From Octopus sinensis (Eukaryota), in contig NC_043013.1 of the NCBI RefSeq assembly GCF_006345805.1, positions 33,294,001-33,358,000 on the forward strand: a stretch of DNA of 64,000 nucleotides, in the 5' to 3' direction. Positions within the stretch are counted from its first letter, which is position 1; every line of letters starts with the position of its first letter. A program made the position numbers and the translations under genes. Below the pieces are notes generated by a model that was not told the DNA's origin, made no database searches, and saw nothing but the letters and a program-made list of their open reading frames with translations. Below are positions 12,937-25,579 of this stretch, piece by piece.

Positions 12937-13434
12937 AGAGGGAAAATATAGGCATATCAAATACTATACTTCATAAATTCTTGATTTATTAGAATTGACT
13001 CCACTTGTAGAGGTTGTGTCATACTTAACAGAATTCAACAAAGACTGACTCCATTTGAGGAGACGCGACGATCTCAAAAATGAAGACTCCTTCAAAGCTG
13101 ACGTACTTGTCAAAAATATAAGATAGGCTTATTGTCTGGAGGTGTGAGTACAGAAACGGACACATGTTTACACCTCAATGGTTGCTATCAATACTACAAG
13201 TGCCAGATCTTATCTCAATTGGCCTAGGAAAATTAAACTCCGAAGAAAAGAGTAGAGGAAGTTATAGCTTAGATGCCTTGTATAATCTATACAAACGTAA
13301 GGTAAAAAAAAAAGTACCTGAGTCGCCAATGGTATGTATATCAAGGCCATACAACAGATTTTCTTATAACAGATTGACTTCCTTCTTAGTCCGCGTTCAT
13401 CTTCGACTGCTTCTTCTAGGACTTGGTTGACCAT

Positions 13435-14480
13435 TTTCGGTCTTGGGCTATATAGTTTGATCCATTTTGGCTATTATATCTAGCAGAGGCGTGACTACCT
13501 TCACTTTCTTAAGTGCCCTTTCACCTAAGGATAAATATGATGATCTGTCATGGTTGTTATTTCTAGTAGTAGGATAGCCATCTTCATTGTCCACCTCAGC
13601 TTTCAACTTAGAGCTAAATAGGATGATCCTGTATGGTTGCTATTTCTAGTAGTGGAATTTTCACCTTCGAATGCTCATTGTTCTTCAACCTATGATTATC
13701 AAGTTTGGCTGCTATTTCTAGGAGTGGGATAACCACCCTCAATTTCCCAACCGATCTTCGACCAAAGGCTAAATATGTCGATCAGTTTTAGCTATTATCT
13801 TTTTGCGCGGGGAAAACCACATACATTGTCCACCTCAATTTTCAAACGAGGGCTGAATTGGACTGGACAATCAGGTAAGGCTGCTATTTTCAGCGTCCGT
13901 ATGACCTTCATTCTTCATTACGACCTTCAACTTAGTACTACGTGAGATTCGATTTTGCTGCTATTTCTACCAGTGGGACGAACTCCTTCGGTGTTTACCT
14001 CGATGTTGGAGTTAGGGCTAAATATAATAATGCTTTGGCTGCTATTTCTAAGGTGTGGATGAACACCCTCCTTGTCCAACTCAATCTTCAACCTAGGGCT
14101 GAATATGATGATCATGTTTCGTTGCTATTTCTAGAAAGAGTTGTGGGCACCTTCGTTGTCCACGTTGATCTTCGACTTAGGGCTACATTGGATTATTATC
14201 TTTGGTAGCTATTTCTAGCGATAGGATAACTACTTACAGTTTTCACCTTGTTTCCCGTCCCATGGCTAAATATGATGCTTAGCTTTAGCTGCTATTTCTA
14301 AAAGTGAGATGACAATCTTTCTTGTCTACACCAATCTTCGACATGGGTTAAATAGGATGATCGGGTAATGTGATTATCTTCTAGAAGTTTGAGGTGGACA
14401 CTAAAGTTTGTCGGCCCTTTATTAGAAATAGCAGCCATACTTGATCGTCCCTTTTAGTCCGAGGTCTAAGATGGACGTTG
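13435..14480. repeat. Degenerate ~82-bp tandem satellite (~12 units) with an inverted terminal unit
   Basis: GGCTGCTATTTCTAG-like anchor at ~13469, 13553, 13636, 13707, 13788, 13879, 13957, 14037, 14120, 14205, 14288 and 14370. Reverse-oriented TAGAAATAGCAGCC at ~14423. Confidence 0.85.
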
Positions 14481-14519
14481 TCACATATATATTGTGATGC
14501 AGATATATAATCTCTTACT

Positions 14520-15450
14520 CTACCATCATCGCTACATCCAAAGCATGACTGCCACTGTCGATGCCAGCAGCAGCAGCTGTAGCAGCGGCAGTAGCAGCAG
14601 CAGCAGCAGCACCATCACCACCACCACCATCACCAGCATCTCAACCATCACCACTACAAAATAGCCTTATCATTTCCACCACGGCGCCCACTACCACGAA
14701 ACAACCACCACCACCACACCACCACCACCACAACAACAACAGCCAACACCATCACCAGCACGACAACGACCACCACCACCTCGACTACCATTAAAGCCAT
14801 TGTCATCAACACCACCTCCACTGCCACCACTACCACCATCGATACCATCACTCTCACTACAAGCAAAGCACACCATCAGCACCACGACCAACGCCACCAA
14901 AGCACTACTATCAACACTAACCACCATTACAATCTTACCAACTACATCATTTCCTCCTCCTCCACCACCACCACTACCACCATCGACACCACCACCACCA
15001 CCACTATCGACACCGCCACCATCGACACCACCACCATCGATACCACCACCACCAACAATATCACCACCACCATCGAAACCAACACCATCGACACCACCAT
15101 TACTAACACCACCACCACCACAACAGCCATTAACACCAACACCATCGACACCACCACCAAACACCATCGACACCACCACTACCACCATCGACACCACTAC
15201 CATCGTCGACACCACCATCGACATCACCACCAACACCACAATCGACACCAACACCACAATCGACACCAACACCATCGACACCCCCACCACCATCAACACC
15301 ATCACCACCACCTTCAGCACCAACACCATCGACACCACCACCACCATCAATACCACCACCACCACCACCACCATCGACACCCGCACCACCATCAACACCA
15401 TTACCACCACCTTCAGCACCAACACCATCGACACCACCACGACTACTACC
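14520..15450. repeat. (CAC)n/(CCACCATCGACA)-type low-complexity minisatellite
   Basis: Direct observation; it explains the Pro/Thr-rich and Val/Gly-rich ORFs here. Confidence 0.9.
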
Positions 15451-15912
15451 TATTTCTTTACTACCCACAAGGGGCTAAACACAGAGAGGACAAACAAGGA
15501 CAAACGGATTAAGTCGATTATATCGACCCCAGTGCGTAACTGGTACTTATTTAATCGACCCCGAAAGGATGAAAGGCAAAGTCAACCTCGGCGGAATTTG
15601 AACTCAGAACGTAACAGCAGACGAAATACGGCTACGCATTTCGCCCGGCGTGCGATATAATCGACACCACCACGACTACTACCTATTTCTTTATTACCCA
15701 CAAGGGGCTAAACACAGAGGGGACAAACAAGGACAGACATAGGTATTAAGTCGATTACATCGACCCCAGTGCGTAACTGGTACTTAATTTATCGCTCCCG
15801 AAAGGATGAAAGGCAAAGTCGACCTCGGCGGAATTTGAACTCACAACGTTGCGACAGACGAAATACTGCTATGCATTTCGCCCGGCGTGCTAACGTTTCT
15901 GCCAGCTCGCCA
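15448..15912 (-). mobile_element. Two tandem SINE family B copies
   Basis: Copies at ~15448-15653 and ~15681-15912, each preceded by the same flank TCGACACCACCACGACTACTACC. Confidence 0.9.
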
Positions 15913-16699
15913 CCTTACTACCACCACCATCGACACCACCACTATCTACACCACTACCATCAATACCATCACAACCATCACCACCCATGCCATCGCGTTG
16001 TCCTCCCTTCCCTTACTCTACACCCAATTGTATTCATTAAAAGTTTGAGTTATGGATGAAAACTGTTCTCTCTTCCTCATCAACAAGCGTTAATGTCATC
16101 GCACACATGTTACCATTCGAATGACACACTAATTTAATTAACGAAAACCTGAGTAAAATGATTTACCTGTGCTAAGGGAAATACAGGTTGTTAGTTTATA
16201 CTAATAATAAGCAGTATGCTGTTGTTGCTGTTGCTGTTGTTATTGTTATTAGCGTTATGTTACTTTTTATGATTGTTTTTAAGTAATTTTCATGCGTTAT
16301 TTTTGGCCTCGAGTATTAGTCTCCGTTTTTGTTTATTTCCATGTTATAATCAATCGTTAATTTGCTTGTTTTTGATAAGTGATTATCTTAATTGGAATGC
16401 TATAAATTATAAATTATTTAGATGTCTAGGATAAATTAATTATCGATTATTCATTAGTTAATAATCATCAGGGATAACATAATAAGGACAGTGATAAAAT
16501 TACCGAAAGTATGGCTCCGTTAATCGGTGTCATGTCCAAACATGTGTTAGGCAAATTGCTCTCTATTACGTTATTATGCGCAGATATAGCAACTGCACGA
16601 TATACGATAGGAAATGTAAAAGAAATCATTATACCATTTATATTCTCCTCTGCACAACTTGGATTTCAACGCAGTATACAAACTGACACCTTCCTTTCT

Positions 16700-17230
16700 A
16701 CTCTAGGCACAAGGCCCGAAATTTTGGGGGAGGGGGATATTCGATTAGATCGACCCGAGCAAGCAACTGGTATTTAATTTAGTCGACTTCGGCGGAATTT
16801 GAACTCAGAACGTAGCGGCAGATGAAATACCTACTTCTTTACTACCCACAAGGGGCTAAACACAGAGAGGACAAACAATGACAGACAAACGGATTAAGTC
16901 GATTATATCGATCCCAGTGCGAAACTGGTACTTATTTAATCAACTCCGGAAGGATGAAAGGCAAATTCGACCTCGGCGGAATTTGAATTCAGAACATAAA
17001 GACAGACGAAATACCTATTTCTTCACTACCCACAAGGGGCTAAACACAGAGAGGACAAACAAGGACAGACAAACGGATTAAGTCGATTATATCGATCCCA
17101 GTACGTAACTGGTACTTATTTAATCGACCCCGAAAGGATGAAAGGCAAAGTCGATCTCGGCGGAATTTGAACTCAGAACGTAGCGGCAGACGAAATACCG
17201 GTGTGGTAACGTTTCTGCCAGCTCACCGCC
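16700..17230 (-). mobile_element. Head-to-tail trimer of SINE family B
   Basis: Junctions GAAATAC|CTA(C/T)TTCTT at 16830/16831 and 17014/17015. Confidence 0.9.
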
Positions 17231-18227
17231 ATTCGAGACCTTTATATTACCACATCGACTGCACAAGCCGTAATTTGGTAGAGTCGTTGGGAATTGGAGT
17301 GGAATTTCCTCTATGCCATTTGATCTGACTCTGTACACTCTGAGTTGAAACCCCGCTGAAGTATATCTTACTTTTCATTCGGTCAGGGGCAATAAATAAA
17401 ATACTCACAACCGGTAACGCTTTATCTTTCTTTCTCTATCTCTCTCTTTCTCTCACTACATATTTCTCACTCTATAGCGGTTACGCTGAACAACGAGAAG
17501 AGTTCTTGGTGAAACTGTTTAATTCTCTTAAAATGGAGAACGATCGAGAATACTGGAAGCCTTTTTTTTCACAGAAAAAAAATGGAATCAAACAAAATTA
17601 CATATATGCTACAATAAATATTGACGAACAGACAAATGCATAATATAGACAGACAAGGAAATGAAGAAAATATCGGGCGTAGACACTTCCACTGTTATCT
17701 ATAGTTTGAATTTGTCGCAAATTTAATGAAATCCATTTTAAACAAAGCGAACTTTCTTTTGTCATTTTCAATACAATTCAGAGTTGAGATCAAAGTGTTC
17801 GTTCCAAACAAAAACGTATACATGGTCTTCTGACCTGCTAGAAATAGCAGGCAAAACGAAGATGAATATTTTGGATTGTTTGCAGGCTTCCTGATATCTT
17901 CTAACGATAGTTTTACAGGTCGATTCAGAGATCCTGTTAACATGAAATGAAGTATAACAGGCATATTTAGAAAAATATTTTACAATATTTTGCAATATCT
18001 TTTATATGTTGTTGATAATCATTTTATGATTTTGTTTATTATGTGTTGTTTTTGCCATTTATTAAAAAAAACTTCATTATCAAAACTCAAGAGAACAAAT
18101 GTTTAACGCAGCAATTTAATATACTTGCTTCAATTATTAGACTGCGGCCATGGTGGGGCACTGCATTGAAGAATCCGGTACAATGTGATTCTTACCACAC
18201 AGCCAGGTACGTTTTATTTTTTCAAAT

Positions 18228-18503
18228 CGTGTCCCTTCGTCGGTTACGACGACTAAGGTTCCAGTTGATCCGATCACAGGAACAGCACGCTCGTGAAATT
18301 AACGTGCAAGTGACTGAGCACTCCACAGACACGTGTACATTTAACGCAGTTCTCGAGGAGATTTAGCATGGTACATAGTGTAACAAGTCTGGCCTTTTGA
18401 AATACAGGTACAGTAGAAACAGGAAGAAACAGGTTCGGGAATCGAACTCACAACCTCACGATCGTAAGCTCGACGCTCTGACCACTGAGCCATGCGCCTT
18501 CAC
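18228..18503 (-). mobile_element. Chimeric or internally deleted tRNA-SINE (family D head joined to a 3' module shared with 56941 and 41969)
   Basis: The head matches 21569. The 3' part CACGTTAATTTCACGAGC...GTCGTCGTAACCGACG matches 57240-57315. Confidence 0.8.
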
Positions 18504-18526
18504 ATATACATACATACATGCATACA

Positions 18527-18618
<92 letters not shown>

Positions 18619-18650
18619 TTTGTTTAAAAGCAGCAGAAATTTAACAAAAG

Positions 18651-18688
18651 CTGTTACTCGGAGTTTCACGTTCCCGTTCGTCGGACAG
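18651..18688 (-). ncRNA. Minimal type-I hammerhead-like motif (U4C core variant)
   Basis: CTGT-CCGACGA-ACG(GGAA)CGT-GAAA-CTCCGAG-TA-ACAG. Stem I extends to AAAGCTGT/ACAGCTTT. Confidence 0.6.
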
Positions 18689-18740
18689 CTTTGTTAAAAT
18701 AGAACCGAGATGACAATTCGATCAAAACTAGCATAGAAAA

Positions 18741-18778
18741 CTGTCCGATGAGCGATAGCGTGAAACTCCGAGTAACAG
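18741..18778 (+). ncRNA. Minimal type-I hammerhead-like motif (U4C core variant)
   Basis: CTGT-CCGATGA-GCG(ATAG)CGT-GAAA-CTCCGAG-TA-ACAG. Confidence 0.6.
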
Positions 18779-18910
18779 CTTTTGTTAAATTTCTGCTGCT
18801 TTTAAATAAAGCATATTACTCTACCTCTGGTATTTGAGTACACTTTTTTTTCTACCTTGTTTCACATTTATGTGTTTACTCCGGTATATATATATATATA
18901 AGATCCTTGT

Positions 18911-18993
18911 TTTTCCTGATGAAAAGGCGGCATAATGCACCCTTTAGTCCTTCGGAATTGAGAATATGCAGGCTTCGAAACGTGTGTCGAGAA
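18911..18993 (+). ncRNA. Type-I hammerhead motif with long stem II (partly decayed)
   Basis: TTTTC-CTGATGA-[AAAGGCGGCATA...TATGCAGGCTTC]-GAAA-C-GTGT-GTC-GAGAA. GUC cleavage triplet; three mismatches in stem II. Confidence 0.65.
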
Positions 18994-19065
18994 TAAAGAA
19001 ATTTTGTTAAATCGTCGTTCGACTCCATTCTTTCATTCATTTATATATATATATATATATATATG

Positions 19066-19170
19066 TAGCCTGAAACTATAGTGAAAGACACATGCCCAAG
19101 GTGACACGCAGTGTGACTGAACCCGGATCTATATAGTTGACAAACAAGCTACTTACCACACAGCCACTCC
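19066..19170 (-). mobile_element. SINE family A, 5' fragment
   Basis: CAAGCTACTTACCACACAGCCACTCCT is the reverse complement of the family A head. Confidence 0.8.
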
Positions 19171-19629
19171 TAGAAGACTGTGCTGCTGCATGTTTCTGTT
19201 CCCTTTCTTCCTTTCTCTCCTTTTTTTTTTTTTTTTGCTTCAGTTAAATCCTAATCCAAAAGCAAATATTACACATTTTTGCTTACTGCTTGTCTAACCA
19301 ATGATTATTGTTGAGCATACTACTCCTGCTACAGTTGAAGGAATACGTACCAGCTTTATTGGTCCATTGCTTTGATTTAACATGCTGATATAGCTGTCTC
19401 GATTATTAGTGTTTAGTGACCACTTTAATGTTGATGTTTCCATGCTTGAGCTTTAGTGCGATTTCTATTGCCGGTTTGACATCCAGATTATTGCGGAACA
19501 TTTAGCTCCGTTGACGTTTTAATATTTCCATTATTCATCGTATAAACGTCATCATTATTGATTTACATAGATACGTAAACATACCCCTACACATTCACAC
19601 ACACACACACACACAACACACACACACAC

Positions 19630-19677
<48 letters not shown>

Positions 19678-19840
19678 ATATATATCTATATATATACATA
19701 GGCATATATTAGCGCGCGAACACACATACGCACATATATATATATATACAACTATATATATTTATAAGTATATGTATAAATGAATCTAGCTGAATATTTG
19801 ATTATGTGTGATATATAGGTGTATCTGTTAATGTCTCCTG

Positions 19841-20520
19841 TTTAGTGGATTATGTTAGTGAAGAATAAATAGCGTTGTTTCACTCACTCATTAAATGCCT
19901 CGATATTGATATTTAATTGGTACTTCTGCTGCTGTTTGTCTGACTAGATTATTAGTGTGTGTATAGGTGCCATTTTTATTATATTTAGATTTAGTTGATT
20001 TCGTAGCGCATCAGTTTTCCTTTTACCAAGATTTTCATTGAGGATTCTTGCATTATTGCTATTTAAATCACTGGATTCGTACCTAAGTAGATAATAATAA
20101 TTGTATTACCATTATTGGCATGCATAGCTTTAGAATCTGTCGTGCTAATAGAATGTCAGAGAAGAGAATATGATTTACAAGTAATTAGGTTTCACTTTAC
20201 TTTTATTCTAAATTTAAATGCCGCCGGAATCGCGTTTCTTCTCTTTAGTTTTCGTCACTTGATTTCAATAGAACATGTAACAGTAATATTCCAGGATTTG
20301 TTCAGTTACCTACAAATCTCTTACAATGTTGCTAAACGGAAGTCTGATGCGGCTCGAATTTAGCTAAAACCTAAATATAATAAATAACAATGGCTACTGT
20401 ATACACACTAACAATCTAGTCAGCCAAACAGCAGAAGTACCAATTAAATACCAATATCTAGGCATTTGATAATTGAATGAAATGACACCATTCATTCTTC
20501 TCTAACAGAATCCAATAAGC
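19841..20520. repeat. Diverged inverted repeat, ~185-bp arms and ~300-bp spacer
   Basis: 19841-20025 is the reverse complement of 20333-20520 (e.g. AATTGGTACTTCTGCTG / CAGCAGAAGTACCAATT). Confidence 0.8.
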
Positions 20521-21568
20521 CGAAACTCGCAACACCCAGTCCACAGACACCACATACACATACCCCAAACATACACACACACACACACACTCATACACAT
20601 ATCCACAAACTCATACACATATCCACACACTCAAATATATTTATTAATTAGATGGACAAAATTTCTACATGTTTGGACAACGTGCTAGAAATACCAGCCC
20701 AATATATAATATATAACATTACCCGTCCAAGTGACATCGCACTGTTTTAAAAAATGGAGCAACGCGTAGTACAGTCTTAAATATATTTTATGTGAATAAA
20801 AAGTCAAGATGATTAGGACTATTTTCATCGTGCTACTGTCTGCTCTATCAATGAAGATATAGCACTTTGTAACAAACAATAAAAGCGTTAATCAGGCGTC
20901 AATGTCAAATACACTATGAAGTCGTAACAGCCTCATTGAAATAATAACCAAATCGCTCTCAAATTAAACGCTGCAGTTTTAAAAATAGAAGGATACGTTA
21001 GAAAATGAAACCACCCAACATGGAAAGATATAGGCTGGTCATGCTCAGATTAACTTTTATTACAGACTTCCTCAATCAAGACTGACGTGAGGCTAATTAA
21101 CATCGAAATGGCATCAGAAACGATTAGCAAAAGCGAGATGCATTGTAATATTCGATGCCATTCCTAAAAGGGAATAGCGGCCCAGTTGTTGCGATATCTC
21201 AACTAATTATGTCAGAAGAACCCTTAAAAGTTTATGCGCTTCTTATTAAATTTCATATCAGCCCTGATCGAACATATTTATTTTCAAGTAGACATTTCAA
21301 CTAAAATACGCCTGATTTTTAGTTTCTAGTTCCTAGAATTACATGGTACAACATGCTAGTCTTCCATTTTGTAAATATGGATTAGTTTCATTTGAGGACG
21401 AATGGGCTGATATTTCTTGCAAGTTAAGAAACTAATCAGATGCTCTCTCATTGGCTTATCTTGGATGAGTGAATTGAAGAGGTCATACCATTTCAATGCA
21501 GTTACTCAGGCATTTACTTGCACATATACCAGTCTTGTATATACACATGCATAGTCACAAAGATGTGA

Positions 21569-21907
21569 AGGCGCATGGCTCGGTGGTTAGAGCGTCGGGC
21601 TCACAATCATGAGGTAGTGAGTTCGATTTCCACACCGGGCTGTGTGTTGTGTTCTTGAGCAAGACACTTTATTTCACGTTGCTCCAGTTCACTTGACTGT
21701 AGAAATGAGTTGCGACGTTATTGGTGCCAAGCTGTATCGGCCTTTGTCTTTCCCTTGGATAACATCGGTGGCGTGGAGAGGGGAGGGCTGGTATGTATGG
21801 CTGACTGCTGGTCTTTTATAAACAGCTTCTCCTGGAGTTCTTCGGAGTGGAACTTACTACTTGCAACCCCATCGTCATTCATGACCGAGGGGAGTCTTTA
21901 CCCTTCT
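21569..21907 (+). mobile_element. tRNA-derived SINE family D
   Basis: GGCGCATGGCTCGGTGGTTAGAGCG...GAGTTCGATTTCC head, then the conserved central block GTGTTCTTGAGCAAGACACTTTATTTCAC. Confidence 0.85.
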
Positions 21908-23374
21908 TTTAGTCACTCAGATACGTACACACACGTACACGCACATACACACATACACACACACACTCACACTCTAATAGCCACTCATGTACACACACGC
22001 ACACAAAAATATAGTCATTGCATTCTGGCATTAATGCCTCAATAATCACTTTCTTACACAGATTTCTTTCAGTTAACAAGGGAACCCATAACTATTTACT
22101 CGAATCACAAGAAATAGCAGTCAAATACCCTTCAAAAATCACACCTTATAGTTTTAAATCAGTAAATGACACATAGGATAATACAATCCTATATAATTTG
22201 AAAATGATGAGATGGTCAGAGCTGAAATTTATTTAATTACACGTCAGCTCCATCAAGACCGTTCTGCTGCTAATCTACAACAACTCCTGATCTCTACGTT
22301 TATTTGTGTTATAATCATAGCTATAACATGTCTTAACTACACTTAGGCATTATATCAAACAATAGTTTGAGCCAATGAAGGAAGATACAGTAATGAAAGT
22401 GACGCATTCAATTGATATCAATTAAAATGATGGTAATCAACCGGTGATATAGTCGAAATGTAGAAACCAGTAAAAGAGCAAACTGTTAAATTATTGCGAG
22501 TGACAAATAGACAATGAGTTGTACTCAAAACGTCAAGGTTCTTCTGACCCCATGGCATACAAACATTTCTAAACAACGATTACTACGGATGTAAGGGTCT
22601 CACCAATATATATTTCTTACGGTACCAATGTATAGTGTCTTCGAAATTTTGTTCTTATTTGATTTCTTTTCTATCCTTTTATGTGTATCAGGTAAATAGT
22701 ATTACCTTCGTTGGACGAAGTTGGATGATAATGGTAATGAGAAGAAAGCAATGATAATTGAAATATACGTAAAGAAAGTAGAAGAGAACGATAACAATAT
22801 AGTTGCAAACCTTTCTTAAAATAATTTTTCAACAACAGCCAAACAAGTGTTTCAATGATACGGCGAATAATGACACTGCACTTACAAGGACACTTGTAAT
22901 GTTAGAATCAACAGCCAAAGCTCTGCCTAGTAACACCATGCTTTCTATTAAAACTCACACACACATCTCATTACGAAATTGATAAAATCTTAAGGTCATC
23001 TTAGAAATGTCTTCATCAAAGGTATGCTCATCTTGAGATAACATGATATGAAACTGTAAGAAAACCCCATCGACATTACAAATGAACTGTAAAACACAAT
23101 TATCAAAACTGAAACTATCAATGTCCTCCATATTCGCAGGAACTTTTACATTACTGAGTTCAAATCCCGCAGAGATAAGCTTTTCATAATTCTAAGGTCA
23201 ATGAAATTAAGTACCAGTCAAATACTTAAATACCTATCAAGTAACATCCTCTCAAAATCTGAACGTGAGGGGTCACCTGACACTATTAGAAATCAATATT
23301 ACCACATCAACACTATCATCAGCATTGGTATACTTGTAAAGCCCAATTCACTATCTTAACCAATGATGTAAACC

Positions 23375-24790
23375 AACATCTAACCACCCATCCAACCAAT
23401 CAACAAATCACCTGACCAGCCAACCAGCCAACCAGCCAACCAGCCAACCAAGCAACCATCCGACCAAACATCCAACCAACCAACAAACAAACAAACCAAC
23501 CAACCAACCAGCCAACCAACCAGCCAACCAGCCAACCAACCAACCAACCAACCAACCAGCCAGCCAACCAACCAGCCAACCAACCAACCAGCCAACCAAC
23601 CAACCAACCAACCAACCAACTAACCAAGCAACCAAGCAACCAACCAGCCAACCAACCAGCCAACCAACCAACTAACCAACCAGCCAACCAACCAGCCAAC
23701 CAACCAACCAACCAACCAACCAGCCAACCAGCCAGCCAACCAACCAGCCAACCAACCAACCAACCAACCAACCAGCCAACCAACCAACCAGCCAGCGAAC
23801 CAACCAACCAAAGAGCCAACCAACCAGCCAACCAAAAAGCCAACCAGCCAACCAACCAACCAACCAATCTGCCAGCCAACCAAACAACCAACCAACCAAC
23901 CAACGAGCCAGCCAACCAACCAGCCAACCAACCAACCAACCAACCAACCAACGCCACCAACCAACCAGCCAGCCAGTCAACCAGTCAACCAGCCAACCAA
24001 CCAACCAATCAACCAACCAACCAGCCAGCCAGTCAACCAGTCAATCAGCCAACCAGCCAACCAACCAACCAACCAACCAGCCAGCCAACCAACCAACTAG
24101 CCAGTCAACCAGTCAACCAACCAACCAACCAACCAACCAACCAACCAGCCAGCCAACCAACCACCCAACCACCAACCAACCAACCAACCAACCAACCAAC
24201 CAACCAACCAAACAAACAACCAGCCAACCAGCCAGCCAGCCAACCAACCAACCAACTAGCCAGTCAACCAACCAACCAACCAACTAACCAACCAACCAGT
24301 CAACCAACCAACCAACCAACCAACCAGCCAGTCAACCAACCAACCAACCAACAAACCAACCAACCAACCAGCCAAACAGCCAGCCAACCAACCAACCAAC
24401 TAGCCAGTCAACCAGTCAACCAACCAACCAACCAACCAACCAGTCAACCAACCAACCAACCAACCAACCAGTCATCCAACCAACCAACCAACCAACCAAC
24501 CAGCCAACCAACCAACCAACCAAACAACCAACCAGTCAACCAACCAACCAACCAACCACCCAACCACCATATAACCAGCTAGCCAACCAACCAACTAGCC
24601 AGTCAACCAGTCAACCAACCAACCAACCAACCAACCAACCAACCAACCAACCAGCCAATCAACCAACCAACCAACCAACCAACCAACCAACCAGCCAATC
24701 AACCAACCAACCAACCAACCAACCAGCCAGCCAGTCAACCAGACAACCAGCCAAACAACCAGCCAGCCAACCAACCAATCAACCAACAAA
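23375..24790. repeat. ~1.4-kb (AACC)n array with AGCC/AGTC variants
   Basis: Direct observation; source of the WLVG-repeat ORFs. Confidence 0.97.
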
Positions 24791-25579
24791 GAAAACCCCT
24801 TATATTTATATTTATTGCTATAAATAAGTGCCAATTAAACACTCAAAACGCAGTTTCGAATATTGTACATCAGGATAAACTATGTCTAAAGAAGAATTAC
24901 AATTGGGATGGTTTCAGCTGGAATACCTTTGATTAAAAGTATGCTTGGTTGATGCTTACGTGAGATTTTGCAACATTAAAGAGCACACAGCAATAATTGT
25001 GTGCTAATGAGGGCGATGAAATCTATCACAATCTCAGTTGCAAATATTTGATTCAAAATCATCCAGCATCCACAAAGTCTATATGATTGTTCCAACTGTT
25101 CAGCAGTTCAATCACACCACCTCAGCAGCCACCATCGACTACACGACCACAGCGACGACGACGACGACGACCACCACCACCACCACCACCACCACTCCCA
25201 CCACCACTATCACAACCGCCACCACCTCCACCACCATCTCCACCACCAATCCCACCACCACTGCCACCACGATAACTATCATCACCAGACAGATAAACCC
25301 AATTGCACACGGCTAAACAAGCAAACGGAGAAAAAAGTGGATCGGCTGCTATGAAATAACTAAGGCTATGAATAACAAAAGTCTCCCATTCCCTCCTGCT
25401 CCCACCGCTCAATCGAAGCAAACAAAGAATCACCACCGATTCCAGAATATCGACCATCATTTGATCCCTGAAACGGTCTTCTCCGCATCAAAGCATCATG
25501 AGCAGGGACAAAAAATATCACGAGACAACCCGATACAGTCGTTAAATTTTGCAAGAAATAACAACCCAAATCCTTACTC

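Larger units (their letters stand above)
18623..18886. mobile_element. PLE-type terminal repeat with inverted duplication, carrying two hammerhead-like motifs
   Basis: 18623-18670 and 18759-18806 are exact 48-bp reverse complements. The downstream part matches 55905-55980. Confidence 0.75.

Noticed and set aside
13040-13310. Tc1/mariner-like transposase remnant (also 17770-17990)
   Set aside because: Only vague motif resemblance; no DDE motif or terminal inverted repeats visible.
14800-15660. 286-aa Pro/Thr-rich ORF resembling a mucin or extensin
   Set aside because: It is a translation of a CAC-rich minisatellite that runs into a SINE; the opposite strand is equally open and there is no signal peptide or splice evidence.
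22692-22820. Exon-like segment after a strong polypyrimidine tract; open frames near 22870-23140
   Set aside because: Stops in most frames, no good donor, and the neighbouring sequence looks like an old internally repetitive element.
23380-24834. WLVG-repeat ORFs
   Set aside because: Products of the (TTGG)n array in all frames.
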